The translations under genes and the position numbers were made by a program. Source: Patellaria atrata CBS 101060 (Eukaryota). From it: a stretch of 64,000 bases of DNA. Below, in pieces: positions 38,229-53,038 of this stretch (positions within the stretch are counted from its first letter, which is position 1; each line of letters begins with the position of its first letter). The stretch spans positions 682,001-746,000 of the forward strand of contig MU006095.1 in assembly GCA_010093705.1 (NCBI GenBank). Reading direction: 5' to 3'. Below the pieces are notes generated by a model that was not told the DNA's origin, searched no databases, and saw nothing but the letters and a program-made list of their open reading frames with translations.

Positions 38229-38991
38229 GATAGGGATGAGGTGAGAGTTAGGGAATTCGTATCGAGGTGGTGAGAAGAGAAGATGGAGACATCTTAGGAA
38301 AAGACCATTATACTCCCTGTTACAGAAGATGTGGCATTACTATAGAACAATCACTCTCCGTTACGTACGTGCGTTCTTCCAGCTTGTGAATTGTAGAGTA
38401 GCAATTGCAAAGTTGGCGCGAGTTCGCCGGTTAGGTGAGTCTTTTGTTTTTGAACAATGTCAAGCACAGAGCGTGTGAAAATTGAGGGTGAATGCTAGAG
38501 TAAAAACAGAGATTCATTTTTAGAGCGGACGTTGGGTACTAGGCGAAAGCAAATTCTTTTCCTCAAGTGAGGGATTGGGGTCACAAAAGAATATGGTATA
38601 TTTACGCCTAATTATGAGCTTATCGGTGCTCATCGCACTTTAAATAAAAGGATCAGGAAGAATTCTATAAAGGAAAAAAAAAATGAAAAGGAAATTGAGT
38701 ATGAAGGGAATTGACTTGACTGAAAGAAATATAGAATGGATAGTGCCCCCACCAAGCCACACAAGCAGAATTAGGGATTTTCTTTCCGTGCCTCAAAAAT
38801 AAGCCACCCATTGAGAAATCTGGCAAAGCGAAAGAACGCGTGACCGACGTGTCAACAAGTTTTTCATTACAGCCAAACAGTTCACGCGTAAAAGTTCGAA
38901 TGACCAGTATGGTAGTCTACTAACAACGAATGGTATCTTGGTATCAAGCACACAAAATTACTCAAACACGCAACTCTACCTAGCAGGGGAA

Positions 38992-41421
38992 CTATGACTT
39001 CACGTCGACCTTCTCCGTTGGTGTGGCAGAGCCGCTTCCCTCTACTTCCCTCACTTCTCCATGTGTAACACGACCAGGCTTCCTTTTCCCAGTTATATCT
39101 AAAAAGATTGCCTTGAACGTCCTGGCACTTGTTGCGCGTCCCTCCCACAATGGATAGATCCCGACACAGAAGCTCGAGAAGAAGAGCCACATAATACCGA
39201 CGACAACCCAGCCGGTGAAGAACTTCTTGCTGAAAATGTAGCCAGATCCATACATGGGCATAGGCCAGAGTACGAGGAGACATAATGTCATGACGACAGT
39301 AAGGATGCGCGCAAACCTTGAGGCTTTCTTGAGTTTGGCTTGCTCTTCAGCCTCGTCTGATTCCGAATGTACACCGCCAGGTACCAGCTCAAGATCAACG
39401 TGAGCGGCAGCGGCAAGATCATGATCATCACCGCGGCGAATCGCCTTCATGCTCACCCAATCGTACGTTGGGGTTTTAAGTGTGAAGCTAAGAAGAGGAA
39501 CGAAGATCAGGGGTGAGAGCAGAGCAACAACGTTACCTGCCAACATGGGGTTGCTAGATCAAAAGTCAGCGCTGATAATTATGGAACGCATTGGAATTGC
39601 TTACTTGGCACCAGTGGTTGCAACAGAGAGTTCACCGCCTTCCTTTTGGGCTGTTACCAACCATGCGATGAGAGAGCAGGCAAGACCTAGAGGAGGTGTG
39701 AAAGTAGCTGCAGCCCAGCTCTGCTTGCTCCAGAGAAGCGTTAAACTGGCTGGGAGCACAGCAGAGGATATGATTACACCCATGAGTAAGTAGAGATAAC
39801 CCATGGAGATCCCAATATAGTACAGAGCAGTACTGAAGCCGGCCATTGCTAAAGCGAAGCCAACGACACAAGCATGGGCCATGTTGATCAGACGTCTACC
39901 GCTAGCTTCAGGGTTGAAGTAAGTCTGATAGATATCATAGGTGAAGATAGAGGATACAGCAATAAGTTCGGCAGACATAGCTGATGTTACAGCCATGAAG
40001 ATCAACAAAAGGGTCGCTGCAGCGCCGCCACTGCCAAGCATAGCGACAGCAGCGGAAGGAAGAGTTAAACCAGCCGAAACATCCGCAGCTGGCAGGCGGT
40101 TGGGGTAGGTTGGGAATACCGGATTATCCTCAAGAGCAAGACAAGCGAGGCCCATGGTGGTAGCAGCAAGCCAGGGAATGGCAAACCAACTGAGACCACC
40201 AATGACATATCCGGGAAGAGCATGGACCGGGTGAGCAGCAATGGCTTTGTTGTAATAACCTACAGGGGTTAACAGAGAAACTCGAAAATTGGAATCAAAA
40301 TACTATACCATTGTCGCAGAAAACTGTTCCGAAGTTTCCTACAATGTTGATGACAAAGAAGATGGCACCCTCTTTTGATCTCATAGTAAGATAGCTGCCA
40401 CCGGCATTGCCCTCGACTGGGTGACGGATCGCAGCTTCTTGCAACTTCTCCCAAACTGCACTAGGGCTACCAAGGATGTCGTTGGTCGCATATGTAGTGA
40501 ACGCGAAGGTGAGGATAATGATGAGGATGACGACGGTGTGGGCATAGTCCGTAAGGAATGTAGCTTTGATACCACCAAACATGGTATAGATAACGACACC
40601 GACTGGGAGCAGGAAACAAGCTGCAGCGGTGGGAACGCCTGTGAGGGAGGTGACCACAGCGGAACCACCAGTCAACAACATAGAAGTGACCAAGATGTTT
40701 GTCATCAGGCCGAAAACAATGAAAACACCGTGGGTCACTGTGCCATAACGAGCCCGGATAACCTCCAGGAACGTGTGAGCGTTTGGAGCTCTGCGTTTCA
40801 ATTCGATGGCAAGCGTCGCGAACAGAATAACCTGTACGGTAGCCCCTGAAGCATACCAGAATGGGCCGGAGACACCACTATAGGAATGATTAATTGGGGT
40901 TTCAGGCTATGAGGCTAATTGCTGTACTCACTAGTTGTACGCGACGGACGAGGATTGAAGAAGCGTAGCAGCCCAGGTCCAGGACGAGACGACCGCAGAT
41001 GCAACAAGACCAGTCTTGACAGTTCTACCAGCGGTACTGAACATCTCAGACGTCTGAACTTCATAGTTGTATCTGTACCATGTCAGTCTTGACTAATCCC
41101 TGCTTATGTCATTGGACGAATGTAGGTCTCCGCCCTCCGGGATCGCTATAGATTTCCGGGTGGGATATTGGGGACTTAAAAAGCAAGATGTCGTCTCCAG
41201 AGCGATAGTTTGCAGAGAAATATCTTTCAAGTACAAAGGAGAGAGCTCTGTGTAGCACGTACCGTTTGAGGATGAAGGTGGTCAAAATCATACCAAAGCT
41301 ATACCATCTGTTAACTGAAATTCTGATCATATAATATCCTAGGAACTTACGCAAAGAGAAATCCTAGGCCGATGATAACGCCATAGCCAACGGCCTGACT
41401 GAGGGGCGGGTTTGTAGCCAT
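38992..41421 (-). CDS. DUR3: Urea/polyamine active transporter (sodium:solute symporter family)
   Basis: [83 protein letters not shown] and [21 protein letters not shown]. Multiple introns. Confidence 0.95.
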
Positions 41422-41760
41422 TTGTTCTTGCCTTCACCTCAATCCAATATACGAGAAGAGCTGATGAAAGAGCAGAAAGAGGCAAGAACTGGGGGGATCA
41501 CGCCTATCTAAATATCACAACGGTGATGAATAGTCCCTGAAAGATTTGAAAGAGACTAAAGCCATGTGGGATTGGCAGAATTAAGTTGAAGACTTCAAAC
41601 TGGAGCTTGAGGACGAAAAGAGGCCTTGGAGCTCTTCGCAAGCTCTAGCCTCTCCACCGAATGCATGTCCCAGAAAGAAGACCAGCCATAGCTCCCCGCA
41701 GTCACGGCAGTATAGCTGTTGTTTGAAGATGTGTGGAGTAAAACCCTAGTCGTGCTCACT

Positions 41761-41828
41761 GATAAGGATGAGCGGCAAGCCTGTGTTACGAGGAGAAAAC
41801 AGTATGGAGCTGCAAAGACAGAGATAAG
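41761..41828. promoter_or_regulatory. Two GATAAG elements upstream of DUR3 (candidate AreA/NIT2 sites)
   Basis: GATAAG at 41761 and 41823, 340-400 bp upstream of the start. Consistent with the known nitrogen regulation of urea transporters, but the motif is short. Confidence 0.3.
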
Positions 41829-42584
41829 ATGAAATTCGGATTTTAGTCAACATTTCCGGCCAATGAAGGAGCAATAGACTTTGGGAAGACTGGCTCCGTG
41901 TCGCCTTGCGCCTTCAACGACTTTTTTTCGGAAATCTAGCCACTGGTGATCCTAGATTGAAGTCAAAACAGACGACGTCCGCACCTGAAGGAGTCTTGAG
42001 AAGTGTTGGCGCTGCAATGCGGTTCTGCCCGTAGTTCTAGCAACTGGTAAGATTAAGATTGGGGCTAACGATTTTCGGAAGAGCTGAATAAAAGACATGA
42101 CAATGGAAGATAACTTCATACCATTGATAGTGGTCATACTTCAACAATCCTCAGAAAGATTCTCTGGTAGTGGGTACTGTACCTCATCCTTAGACCGGGT
42201 GTCTGAATTGGGAGGTCCACACACTCTGGAAATCCTCTGTCAAAGCCCGATTTTCATCAGCATAAAAGGCAGTAGTTCGGTCAACGGTAGAGTTCTTTCA
42301 TGATGAGGCGCTTGATTCGGCGATCTTAACGTGGAGGTCACCCCCAACTCCCGACTCCATGTTCCATGCTCGCACACCCACCAGACAATAAAAGGCAAAA
42401 TGAGAGAAAAAGCAACGTCCTCAGGACTTCAGCCGAAAAGTGATTTTATCACTGAAGATACTTTTAGAACTATGTTTCAGGGTCAAAGCGGATCGCTTGG
42501 CTTGCGGGAAGAGCGCTCGCTACGATGAGCCCACTGTGACAACCCACGCTCTTTAGAACTAATTGGCATAAATCTTATCTTCTC

Positions 42585-43950
42585 TCACCAAGCCCCCATT
42601 TTTTTCTCTCGAAGGCTTTTAACCTCTTTAAGGTTACATCTCACTTCGACCAACTGTATCGCTATCACCGTCGTATCCAGCACACCTGTCGCGTGTATAC
42701 TATATGGCCCGTCAGCTTGGTCAGCCCCCAAGTAATGTAAAATTTCACCTCGAAACATCCTCCAGTCGGGCTTATCCACCACCGAGGCGCGGATTTCGTC
42801 GAGTTTGTTCATCTGCATCTCGACCTCTCTGTAGAGGTGCAAGATGTTGCATCCAACCGATCCATGAGCAGCTGCATGAAGCAAGTGAGATATTTGTTGA
42901 TTTCAGCTAATCCGGTAACAGATATCAGGTTCGAGAACGAGATAGCTTCCGCTCTAAATGGCATCCATCAACACCTATTCTATGGGCACGTGAGTCTTTA
43001 CTCCTTTGCCCAGTTCTCGAAAGACTGTAGAGTTTCTTCATTGTTCCGTTTCGTTTAGAACTAGAGCTGTACGAGATTGCTATCATTCTTTACTTCTATT
43101 CTGTATTGCTCCGGGGTTGCGTCCGTATCTACCTGTCCTCCCAATCTCCAAACATCTATCAGAAACACAGCATTCCACGATCCGATCCAATCCAATCTAA
43201 CATCAAAATATCCTCCGATATCGTCTGTCAAGTCCTTCCACTCGCTTGAAGCTATCCTGGTTTTGATCCTGGCTCTAGCCCGGTACAAATGCAAGCCTTC
43301 AAATACGCACGGACACTCCCCACAAGCCCTACAGGACAGAAAATCCCTCTATGCCATTCTTGTGGGGGTTGTCCAGTCCATGTTAAGGAGAATTCAACCA
43401 TACTTCCGTGAGTCTTCGGCTCCTTCGTGGTTGGCTCTGGTTTGCGCCCTTGGAACCGAGACACCAAACAAGTGTCTAGCTTTTGCCCTTGGAGCCTCGT
43501 GGCATGTATGCAGTGAACGTTGTCTAATGTTCCGGAGGACAGGAACACCCAGATAGGCGGGAGAGATATTGCTCTGGCACAGTATCTGATGCTGGTAGAA
43601 ACAAGTGTATCTTTCTCCTTAAACTTTTCGAATTCATCTTCGGGTTCAGCATTTACTTTCTCCGTCATATTCTGGCCATCAACTCTCTAGATTAGTTATT
43701 CCACTCTTCGGAACCTGTGTCTTGCATTCGGAAGCAGCTGAGCGTATCCTCTGCTGAACGCGTCGCGAACAATCTTCAATATTTTTTCATCGCTCCGTCT
43801 ACGCATTGCGTCTTACTCCCATTGGGACTGTATAGCTCTACTACAGTCTTTCTACCTTATATTTCACCTTCAATATTTGAACATCTCTCTTTTTGTCTTC
43901 TTCCAACCTGCGGAAATGGTTTAGTCGCTTTATGAAGTACCTTCAGCTCA
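42585..43950 (-). pseudogene. Unidentified degenerate coding relic
   Basis: A chain of protein-like minus-strand fragments (43668-43252, 43294-43061, 42884-42585) broken by stops and frameshifts. No family recognised. Confidence 0.3.
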
Positions 43951-44582
43951 TCAAACTTGTCCATCTTCTTTACACCTATGCGAACGTCGCCTCTTCTTAT
44001 CCTCTGACATTCTTGAAGCCCTATTCCCGTGATCTACTCTACAACCTGAAATTAGAAAATGAACGCATATCTCGTTCGATTATTCCATTGGCTTTCCCCC
44101 GTACGCCGCCATCATCGCACGCTACGATATTTTACGACCTACCCCGTTATCATGAGTCCAACATCGTTGATACCAAGCAAAAACTTAAAGCACATACATA
44201 GCAAATCATACAATCCGAAGTTCACGTATAACAAATACATGATAGGAACCGCCACGAAGAGTAAACGCTTTCATTGGACCCATATACCATTTTAGAACAC
44301 AAAGTTGTGAGATCTAACACATTCCGTAGGCCAGGGGGGTGATCGGGATGATTGTGCACATAAGCCGTGATGGGAGGTCTTGTTTTACATGGGATAGAAG
44401 GTAGGGTTAAAACACGTGAACTCTTAAATTTCGCACATTCAGAACTCGTTCATTCAGGGTGACTCCCTTGATTACATTTATCATACATTCGGCTCTATAA
44501 ACCCCCTCTGCCAAGTTCCAGGCCGGTCACCATAAACGCAACAAACGCGCCACCGTCGCCACCTTCGGAAAAAGAACCCAAC

Positions 44583-46703
44583 CTAACTCGCCGTCCCGTT
44601 CGTCGGCGGCGTGAAGAAAGTCTGCTGATCCACGACCAACAATCCTGCAATACTCGCACTGGTGAGCGTCGAAATAGCGCCCGTGATAAGCGCCGAAACG
44701 GCGAGTCTGCTGACGTCGCCACTGCGGCCGGGGGAGATCTGGGAGAGCACACCGATCTGGGTGCCAAGGGAGCCGAGATTGGCAAACCCGCAAAGGGCAT
44801 ATGTCGCGATGAGGCGAGAGCGCGGGGAGAGGTCGGCGTAGGCGGGGTCCTGTTGGAGGGCGAGGTAGGCGACGAATTCGTTCTGTTGTGAATGATCAGT
44901 ATTTCATCTTGGAGTCACTGCGTTTTATGAGAGTTGGGGAAGGACTTACGATGATGAGCTTGATTCCGATTAGGCGGCCAACGGGGAGCAGGTCTGGACG
45001 TGGGACGCCGAGTAAGAAGGCGATGGGGTAGCAGACGTAGCCGATGATGAGCTCGAGGGTGAGGTCGTAGTCGCCGTCGAGGTTGATGTAGCGGCCCCAC
45101 CATGTTAATAGGCCGTCGACGAGTCCGAGAAGCGCGATAATACAGAGGAGCGTCGCGACGATCATACCGGCTATCTTGAGACCGAGCCACGCGCCATTAG
45201 CGAAGGCATGCAGGGAGTTAGCGGCACGGTGCTCGTCGTCATCTGGAATAACGACACGACCAGCGGTTAGAGTCTCTTCTTCCTCCGGGTAGCGGAGCTT
45301 GCTGATAGCGAGGGAAGCTGGGATACTCATAACACAAGAGGAGATCAGAGCTTGGGGGTTGATGCCGAGACCGATATAAGCGACGAGGACGGAGCCTGCA
45401 ATAGTGGCGAAACCGGAGCACATGACTTGATGAAGTTCGGCCATGGTAAGATGGGCAACGAACGGCTTGATCAACATAGCAGATTCACCTTGTCCGATGA
45501 AGGGGGATGCGGCAGCAACGACAGCCTCGGCACCGGACACGCGCATGCTCCAGAAGAAGAAGACGGCGAACTTGCCAATGAACCATTGGAGGAGACCCCA
45601 GTAGTACAGCAGCTGGACAAACGCGACGAAGAATATGATTGGGGGTACCACACCCGTGAAGAACCAGGGGAGCTGGGGTACGGTTGCATCAGTGAGGAAA
45701 GTGACACCATCGTTAGCGAAGTGCAGGAGTTCACGAGCAAGCTCGGAGATGAAATTGAAGATGTCGTAACCGGCCTGGGTACGGAGGACGAAAAGAGCGA
45801 CAATGAACTGAATGAACATGCCAACGATGACGGTATGCCAATTGATCTTCGACCTGTTCCTGGAGGTGAGCCAGAGGACAAAGATAAACACGATGAGACC
45901 GAATAAGCTGACCGCACGGTTTGCACGCGTGTTGTCGAGACTCTCCTCGCTGGCAAAGGCACCAATGACGATAACGCCGACAACTAGAGCCGCTGCAAGC
46001 GGAATACGAAGCTTTGGTGGAGTCAATTCTGCGACTCTTACACCGGTGTGACGCCATACAAGCTTCACGGGCTGCATAACGAGGCTGACGGGAACGTAGA
46101 GGGTGATCAGACGGATGGTGATGCACAGGTACAACAGGAATGGGATAACCCAGTTCTTGTCACTACGGTGCTCAACCAAGCTAGCAATCCACCAGCTTCA
46201 AAATAGACATATTAGTATATGATCATTAAAAATCGACAGATCAACTTCTTGGGTCAAACCTACCCAGTGAAGAACAACCAGATGAACAAATGGAAAAAGA
46301 TGCGCCATTTCCTGTAGAAGTTGGAGACGGTGTGGGTTTTTGGGTCTTCTTCTGGCTCCATGTTGTTCCTTGTCGGACTGATGCTACCCTTTTCCGCATC
46401 ATATGCGTCTCCCATCATCTCTTTCTCCTGAGCTGCACCATCCTTTTTGTCGGAATGAAGTCGTCGGTGAAGTGCATGATCATTCGGATCCTGATCAGGG
46501 ATTATGCTCTTTTCTGCGGTCGTGCCCGTTGTATACGCAGGTTCGTCTGTCCTGCCCCTCGGAGCACTTGAATCGTGGTGAAGATGTGTATGTTGATGCT
46601 CATGGCTGATGTCGAGAGCGGGATCGCTATTTCTAAAGACGTCACGCTGCGGGGAGGCATTATGGCTCCGCTTCGGCTCCACTGGGGTGAAGCTTTCAGC
46701 CAT
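44583..46703 (-). CDS. cntA: Concentrative H+/nucleoside cotransporter (CNT/SLC28), 3 exons
   Basis: INWHTVIVG, SGAEAVVAAASPFIGQGE, MCSGFATIAGS, SKLRYPE, IGIKLII|NEFVAY and ATYALCGFANLGSLG. Stop TAG at 44583-44585. Confidence 0.95.
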
Positions 46704-48512
46704 TATGTTAAGTCCTAATTTCTAACCAGCAACTTCCAGGAGATATGAGGTGGTAAAGTCGTCGCTGCTGGATGCCCCAAAGAGAGAATTAGGAGGACAG
46801 CAAATGAGGACGTCTTCTTTTTTCCCCGTTGAGCAGCAGCTGAAGATAATAAAATATGACCGGCATGCATATTTGTGACCGGGCAGGTGGTGCTAGCTCC
46901 AAATATGCCCAAGTGAAGATCATTGATGCGAGCTGCCTCATCGAGCTTAACATCCGTGATACAACTCTGAAAAGCGTATTACGGCCCTCTGTTGGATCCG
47001 CCTAGCACCACACGGCACCCAGTATCTACACGCACGGAATCTTCTTCGGTCAGCTCCGTTCCACTCAAGAGCTCTGCTTCATCCTCGGTCTGCCGGTCAT
47101 GCTGTGGTGTACTGTACTGTACAGGAACAGCCAGGCCATCAGTTCGCCTCAACTGGTCTCATCTCTTTTTGCCGTCCAACTGGAAACCCCAGGACCCCAG
47201 ACTACTGTCTTCTTCCAGAGAACGACGGATGAGGACGAGACGGTCAGGTCTAAGATACAGTTAGTGCCGCTGATAACTGTCAGGCTCCCCAGCACTTATC
47301 GCTGCGGGATCACTGAGATTCGGAGACCTGCATGGATCCTTTTCGCCAACCCCTCGTTTTCGCTCATGCCGGCCATCATCCTGGATATCTATTCGATAGA
47401 TTCACTTCTCGATGCATGTTCTTAGGGTTGAACCGACAGAAGATAAACATAAGAATAGATGGATGGGCCTCGGTAAAGTGGACTCTGCAGTATCAAAGCG
47501 ATCCAAAGCGATTCTTCAGACTGTTTGGACAACCAAAGTAAACGCTCACCTCATATTTCGGATGGTGGCGCTGGAACTAGAACCTACCTCAGTTCTAGCG
47601 CACCTCGTTATCTCTTGAATGGCCACCAAAAACGGATGTTTCCCTTCTTTCCATAGCGCAAAGGCCTCTACTTCGTGCTGCATCCTTAAACAGTAGACGA
47701 AGTTCTAGAAGTCTTAAAAGAACCGTAAGCTGTGCTTCATCTCTGCTCAAATTGGTTGAAACTCCCGATCATCGAATGGTATCATCATGGCGTTCTTGTT
47801 CATGTGGCGAACAGACAGTATTCCGCCTTGCAAACCCTCAGACGATAAGTGATGAACCTTCGTTCGAATCTTCTGATTGGGGGTGGTATTTGATATTTCG
47901 ATCCAAAGAGGAAAGCTTCAAATACTGCTGGATCACAGACCGGATGCCCTACGCGTTAGACGGTATCTTGTCACCAAGGATTTGACATTATTTGACATAT
48001 GTTTCGAGGGGTGGGTTCAACATATCCTGGCCCTTGGGAACGATCAATCCCATGTATTTGCATCTTCAAATTTCGCTGTCGCGGGCCTGTTGGTTTAATC
48101 GAGAAAACTTAAAGTCAACTTGGGCAATTGTACTTTATAACTGCGAGATGTGGTTATAAAAAGGTGAGGCCATAGAAAGGAGTCGGGAAGTTTTTCGATG
48201 ACGCTTTCACGCCCTACGGTATATTTTAGAGCCTTTTTCTAAAAGGTAGGGTGTCCATTTCAGGTACTGGGCCTATTTTGAACACCTCTTTCTCGCATCA
48301 ATACAGAGTACTCAATACTACGCATCGGAGGGTTCAATAGACACCAAAACAGGTCATCTGCAAAACATACACGAATTAAGAATCAAGCTTTAATCTAAAG
48401 CTACAATTCATACGATGCGGTTGATTCAACTCGATCCCCAACTCCACATCCACTTTAAGCTATGCAACCAACGACGACCGACAACACCACCTGCTGAAAC
48501 ATTCTCTATATC

Positions 48513-49737
48513 TCATTCTTTTGGCCCTTCGATGAGGATCTTAATTCCCTTTCCGGCCTTAACATCTTCAAACGCCTTCTCTGCATCTTCAAATTTGACT
48601 TGACCAGTGATCAGTTCTTTCACACTCAGTCTTCCGCTACCGACTAGATCCACAGCAAGGGCGTAGTCTCCACTACCGTATCTGAAGCTACCTTTGAGAT
48701 TCAGCTCTTTGACGCACATTGCAACAATTGGGAATTCAATGTCTGGCTTGCCCATACCTAGTCCCATTATCAGCTTTGCGATTATAGATCCTGAGAGAGG
48801 GCTGGAACTTACCCCCCTGAACATAGGTACCACCAGTCCGTAAGGCGTGAATTGACGTCTGGATGCAAGGCTCTGCACCACTGGCATCGATTATTACATC
48901 AGCACCAACTCCCAAGTCACAGTCCTTTATCAGTCTCTTCGCACTATCTTCAGCACTCTCCTTTTGACTCCTGAATGCGCTTGATGCCGCATACTTCAGT
49001 GCGAATTGCAACCTCTCTTCGTTGATATCCACCGTCACAATCTTGGTCGCGCCAAATGCTTTTGCAACAGCACAACACAAGAGCCCCACCGGGCCAGCTC
49101 CAAATACGACCACCTTGTCTCCCGGCTTGATGCCAGCTTGCTTGCAAATATGCACCGCAACAGCAGTAGGCTCAATCAGCGCCCCCTCTTCTAGCGACAT
49201 GCCCTCGGGAAGCTTGTAGCAGAAGTCCTCGGGTAGACTGTAATACCGTGCAAGAGTACCATCGAACGGTGGGGTTGCAGCAAACTGCATGTCGAAGCAA
49301 AGATTGTACTTCCCCTCTCTACACCGCACGCATCGTCTGCAGGGTACACCAGGCTCCATCGCAACCCTATCACCAACCTTAAGACTTTTGACATTTTCAC
49401 CAACCTCAGTGACCACGCCCGCAGACTCGTGGCCCAGCACCATAGGGTTCTCGACCACGAAGTTGCCGATGCGACCATGGACCCAGTAGTGGACATCGGA
49501 GCCGCAGATGCCGGTGTATTGCACGTTGACGATGACATCGTGGGGTGATTTGAGGGTCGGCACAGGTCGATCTTCAAAAGTCACCGCTCCCGGCTTTTCG
49601 AGCACGAAAGATAGGTTTCTGGAGGAGGTGGAGGAGCCGTTAGTCTTTGCTTTCTTGCTGGATCTGGGCGATGTGGGAGCTGGCGGGGCATCCGCAGTTG
49701 AACGCCGTGCTGACCTGCGATTTTTGGATTCTGACAT
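48513..49737 (-). CDS. xdhA: Xylitol/sorbitol dehydrogenase (zinc MDR family), 2 exons
   Basis: GICGSDVHYW, MVLGHESAG, CRRCVRCREGKYNLC, FAATPPFDGTL, FGAGPVG, VQGG|MGK and GSFRYG. Confidence 0.93.
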
Positions 49738-52700
49738 ATTTTTAGGGGCCAGATTGGACTTGATAGGTAAAAGAATTGTGCAATTGAGTTTTCCTTTCTA
49801 CGGATATATACGCTGGGGGGATTTTTCCATTATGTACTGCTGGATTTTTCTTCTAGAGCTCCTCTGCCTTAGTTCTACCTACCTGCCCGTTCATGACGAA
49901 ACTGGACGAGAAGCCCCGCTATAGCACACGCCGAAGCTCTCCCGGCCGGTAGAATGCGACTCAAGACAGCTCTGGCAGCACCAAGAGCTATCAGTAACAG
50001 TGTGACCACATCAATTCAACCGGAGCTTGATTACTGGCTATCAAAGCTACAGATCAAAAGCGTTGAGGTGACTTTTGGTTCGTTTCTCCTCTTTGCAAAA
50101 CGCACACCGACTTCGCATCATGATTGGGACAGTCACTGGGATAATCTAAAGTTATGCAGATTCGAAATTGAGAGCAAGTAATCGAGAGAAGTGAACAATG
50201 GCTAAGTATCATGCCTATCAGTATTTCTTATTTCCTTGCTCTGTCGATTTGTGGACTGAATATTTGCGCCGAAAACTCTTCAGATAGAGCTAGAGCTATA
50301 AATCTCCTGTCTCTTGCCCCAGCGTGGATCGCTATGGTCAACATCATACTGATATCCAACTTTCCGTACAGAAGAGCCAGAAATGTCAAAGGTACTCCCA
50401 ACCGCACGCGCTACCTCAGCGTATAGACATTCTTCTTGTACGGTCCGTCTTGAGCGATACTGGTGCTTTCAACTTTACTATAGCATGCAACTCTCAAAGT
50501 TCCCAGTCTGAACTACTCCAAATTTCATTTACAGCAAGAATTGAGTCAAAGAAAGCCCAAAATGTATCATAATACCGCAAAAACATGACCCGAGTGGCCC
50601 TTGACCAAACAGATGCAGAGCTTTACGTTGTAGAATCGGTGGGATATACTTGAAGCCGGGAGTCCAGCTAGCCACAAGAGAGAAATTCGCTATTTTTACC
50701 ACTACAATAACCGTTATAGCTTTGTGCGGGGCTTTAAAACAGCTCTAGATCTAAGGATTCTCGGCTAGGTGTCTAACTACACTGCATTTGGACGGCTCTC
50801 ACTTATTTCTCGAACGTCAATTAACACTACTATACTCTATACCTAATTGAGTACATGAAGCAGTTTGACATCGGATGGTAGGTACTCAATCATTGATAGG
50901 TATCCATTTCTGCTCTATCTAGCTATTGGTGTTTTTGAGTTGGTCTCAGCCACCGATTGTTCCAGCCATCAGATCTACTCTTAACATCACCTTATGAACC
51001 TTCGCCCCCTAGATATGTTGTTCACAGAGACTTCCTTGCTATCGTTATGCGCGTATACCTACAGATACTCACACCACTTCGGTCGCTCACTCTCTCCAGA
51101 TCACTGTCACCTGTCCAGCCAGGCGCTACAGTTCGGGCCACGAAAGCACACTTTCAGTATCATGTCAGCGACAAAACTACTTAAATCCTGCAGAGAGACC
51201 AGGGTGATTGATACGGATCGTCCTACTAAAACTCATTTCTTAGTAGAATCATTTTCGTTCTTCTTGCAAGATCAAGCCTTCTTCATTCACGATACGATCC
51301 TGTGCACCTAGCCGTATAGGATGAAATCCCACTAATAAGACTTAATCTATCTGTATGCCGAATCGTACATCTTTTTCAACAACATACCCTTATAGAGGCC
51401 CCAGAAGTGCAAAAACAGCGAAGAGATCGCGGACGTAGTCCAACGGAAGGCTCAAGACCTCCTTCATGTGCTCAAGACCGGGACCCCGTTTGAGACGTCC
51501 AAATGGCCCTCAAATCTTCTTGAGACCTGCAAAGAGATTGGCACGATTAGTGCTCTGAAAAATCTTCTACCAGCACCATCTGCGACTAACGATAGCCTGC
51601 AAACATTCAAGAATTTTGCGAGAAGCGATGGTCAATGTCGCGACTGTCTTCGATATCTCATACTTGGTTCGATAGGCAAAAGCTCCTGTGAAATCAATGA
51701 TTATTACGGTTTTAGTAAAATAACGAACCAAGTAAAGCGATTGTCTATCGCGAGTCCTGAATACATGCTAACATCATCTAGAATACTGTCGATATGGTCA
51801 GAATGGCGCTGCTTGATCTCTTACTTCGGATAATTGAAGTTCATATTGACAGGTTAGTTTACCAAATCAGACATTCCGAAAACGCCTCAGTCTTATTATT
51901 AACTATAGCACAATTGCCTTGCAAAATGCAGAGAACGCTAAGAAGAGGTCAATACCCACGGAACGCGATGCCAACGATGAGCCGGTGATGAATCTGGAAC
52001 CTTCAAAGGTACTAGGACAGGGTCGTAATTTCGTGGAGAACTTTGAAATGGAGCTTATCTCCGATCGTAAGCTTAGCCCTACAACTACTGAAGTCCTCAA
52101 TTGACACGTTAGGTTTCAAACGAGCACTCAAAGATGTGGAAGACTTAAATATTTACAATTCCAATGCGCAAAGGAACTTTCGCATCAACGTCTTTTTTGT
52201 CCACAACTACTTCTAAGTAGGGGGAACACCTTCAATCATAGACAAGCTTCCATCCATCGATTCTGGGAGGATTCTATCCATCTTGCAGTCATGGCTGGAG
52301 CATACAGTTGCAAAAGCTGAAGGCACGACTTACGCGAATGTTCTCCAACAGATGTTGGAAGCTAAATAACGTGGCCAGGGTCCAGAGACCGCAGTTAAAG
52401 ATCATAAGAAATTTTGCCAAGGTCTTGCACGACTCTTAGCACCTATCAACGGGCTCTATTTGCCAGATCTCAAATTAGATCCCTCCCTATCTGTCACCGT
52501 TAAGTATACACTCGAGTCACTCTATCCACAGGTTGATCATGTGTTCAGGAATGAGCCCGCGTTCCTGGGTAACTTACCGGATGAAACCATTCAGATAAGT
52601 CTTGGACTCAATCAAGATTGGGGTTATCAAAACAAAAACTTCAAGCATGCGGTTGGAGCCTCTCTTGGTACTGCTGATATTACAAAGGATCGGTGGTACT

Positions 52701-53038
52701 ATGATGGCGCGCAATTCCCTGACGTCTACGATGACCGTGAGTATGGCCGAGCGGTTGCGACCGAACTGGAAAACCTATCCTATCTTCAGGCAAGACCTCA
52801 GGCATTTGGAATGCTCAAAAAAAGACATCGAATAGTACATCACTTCATCGATCCTCAACCCTTCAAAGTTCCAAACTTACATGTCAAAGATGGCTATCGC
52901 AAAGACCAACTTCCCAATCTCAGTGATTATGACCGAATAATCTACCCAAATGGCCCGAAGAAACCTGTGCCGTGGGAACAGATCCTTCCCGCCAATTTAG
53001 ACAAAAAGATTCAGACCATAATCGAGTCCGGCAATGGG

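Noticed and set aside
25490..41421. Including DUF1996 or DUR3 in the sugar-nucleotide cluster
   Set aside because: They are separated from it by 2-3 kb and intervening relics or genes, and are widespread genes with no evident functional link.
50200..50206. GGCTAAG XlnR-like site upstream of xylitol dehydrogenase
   Set aside because: Biologically plausible, but a single 6-7-mer is not distinguishable from chance.
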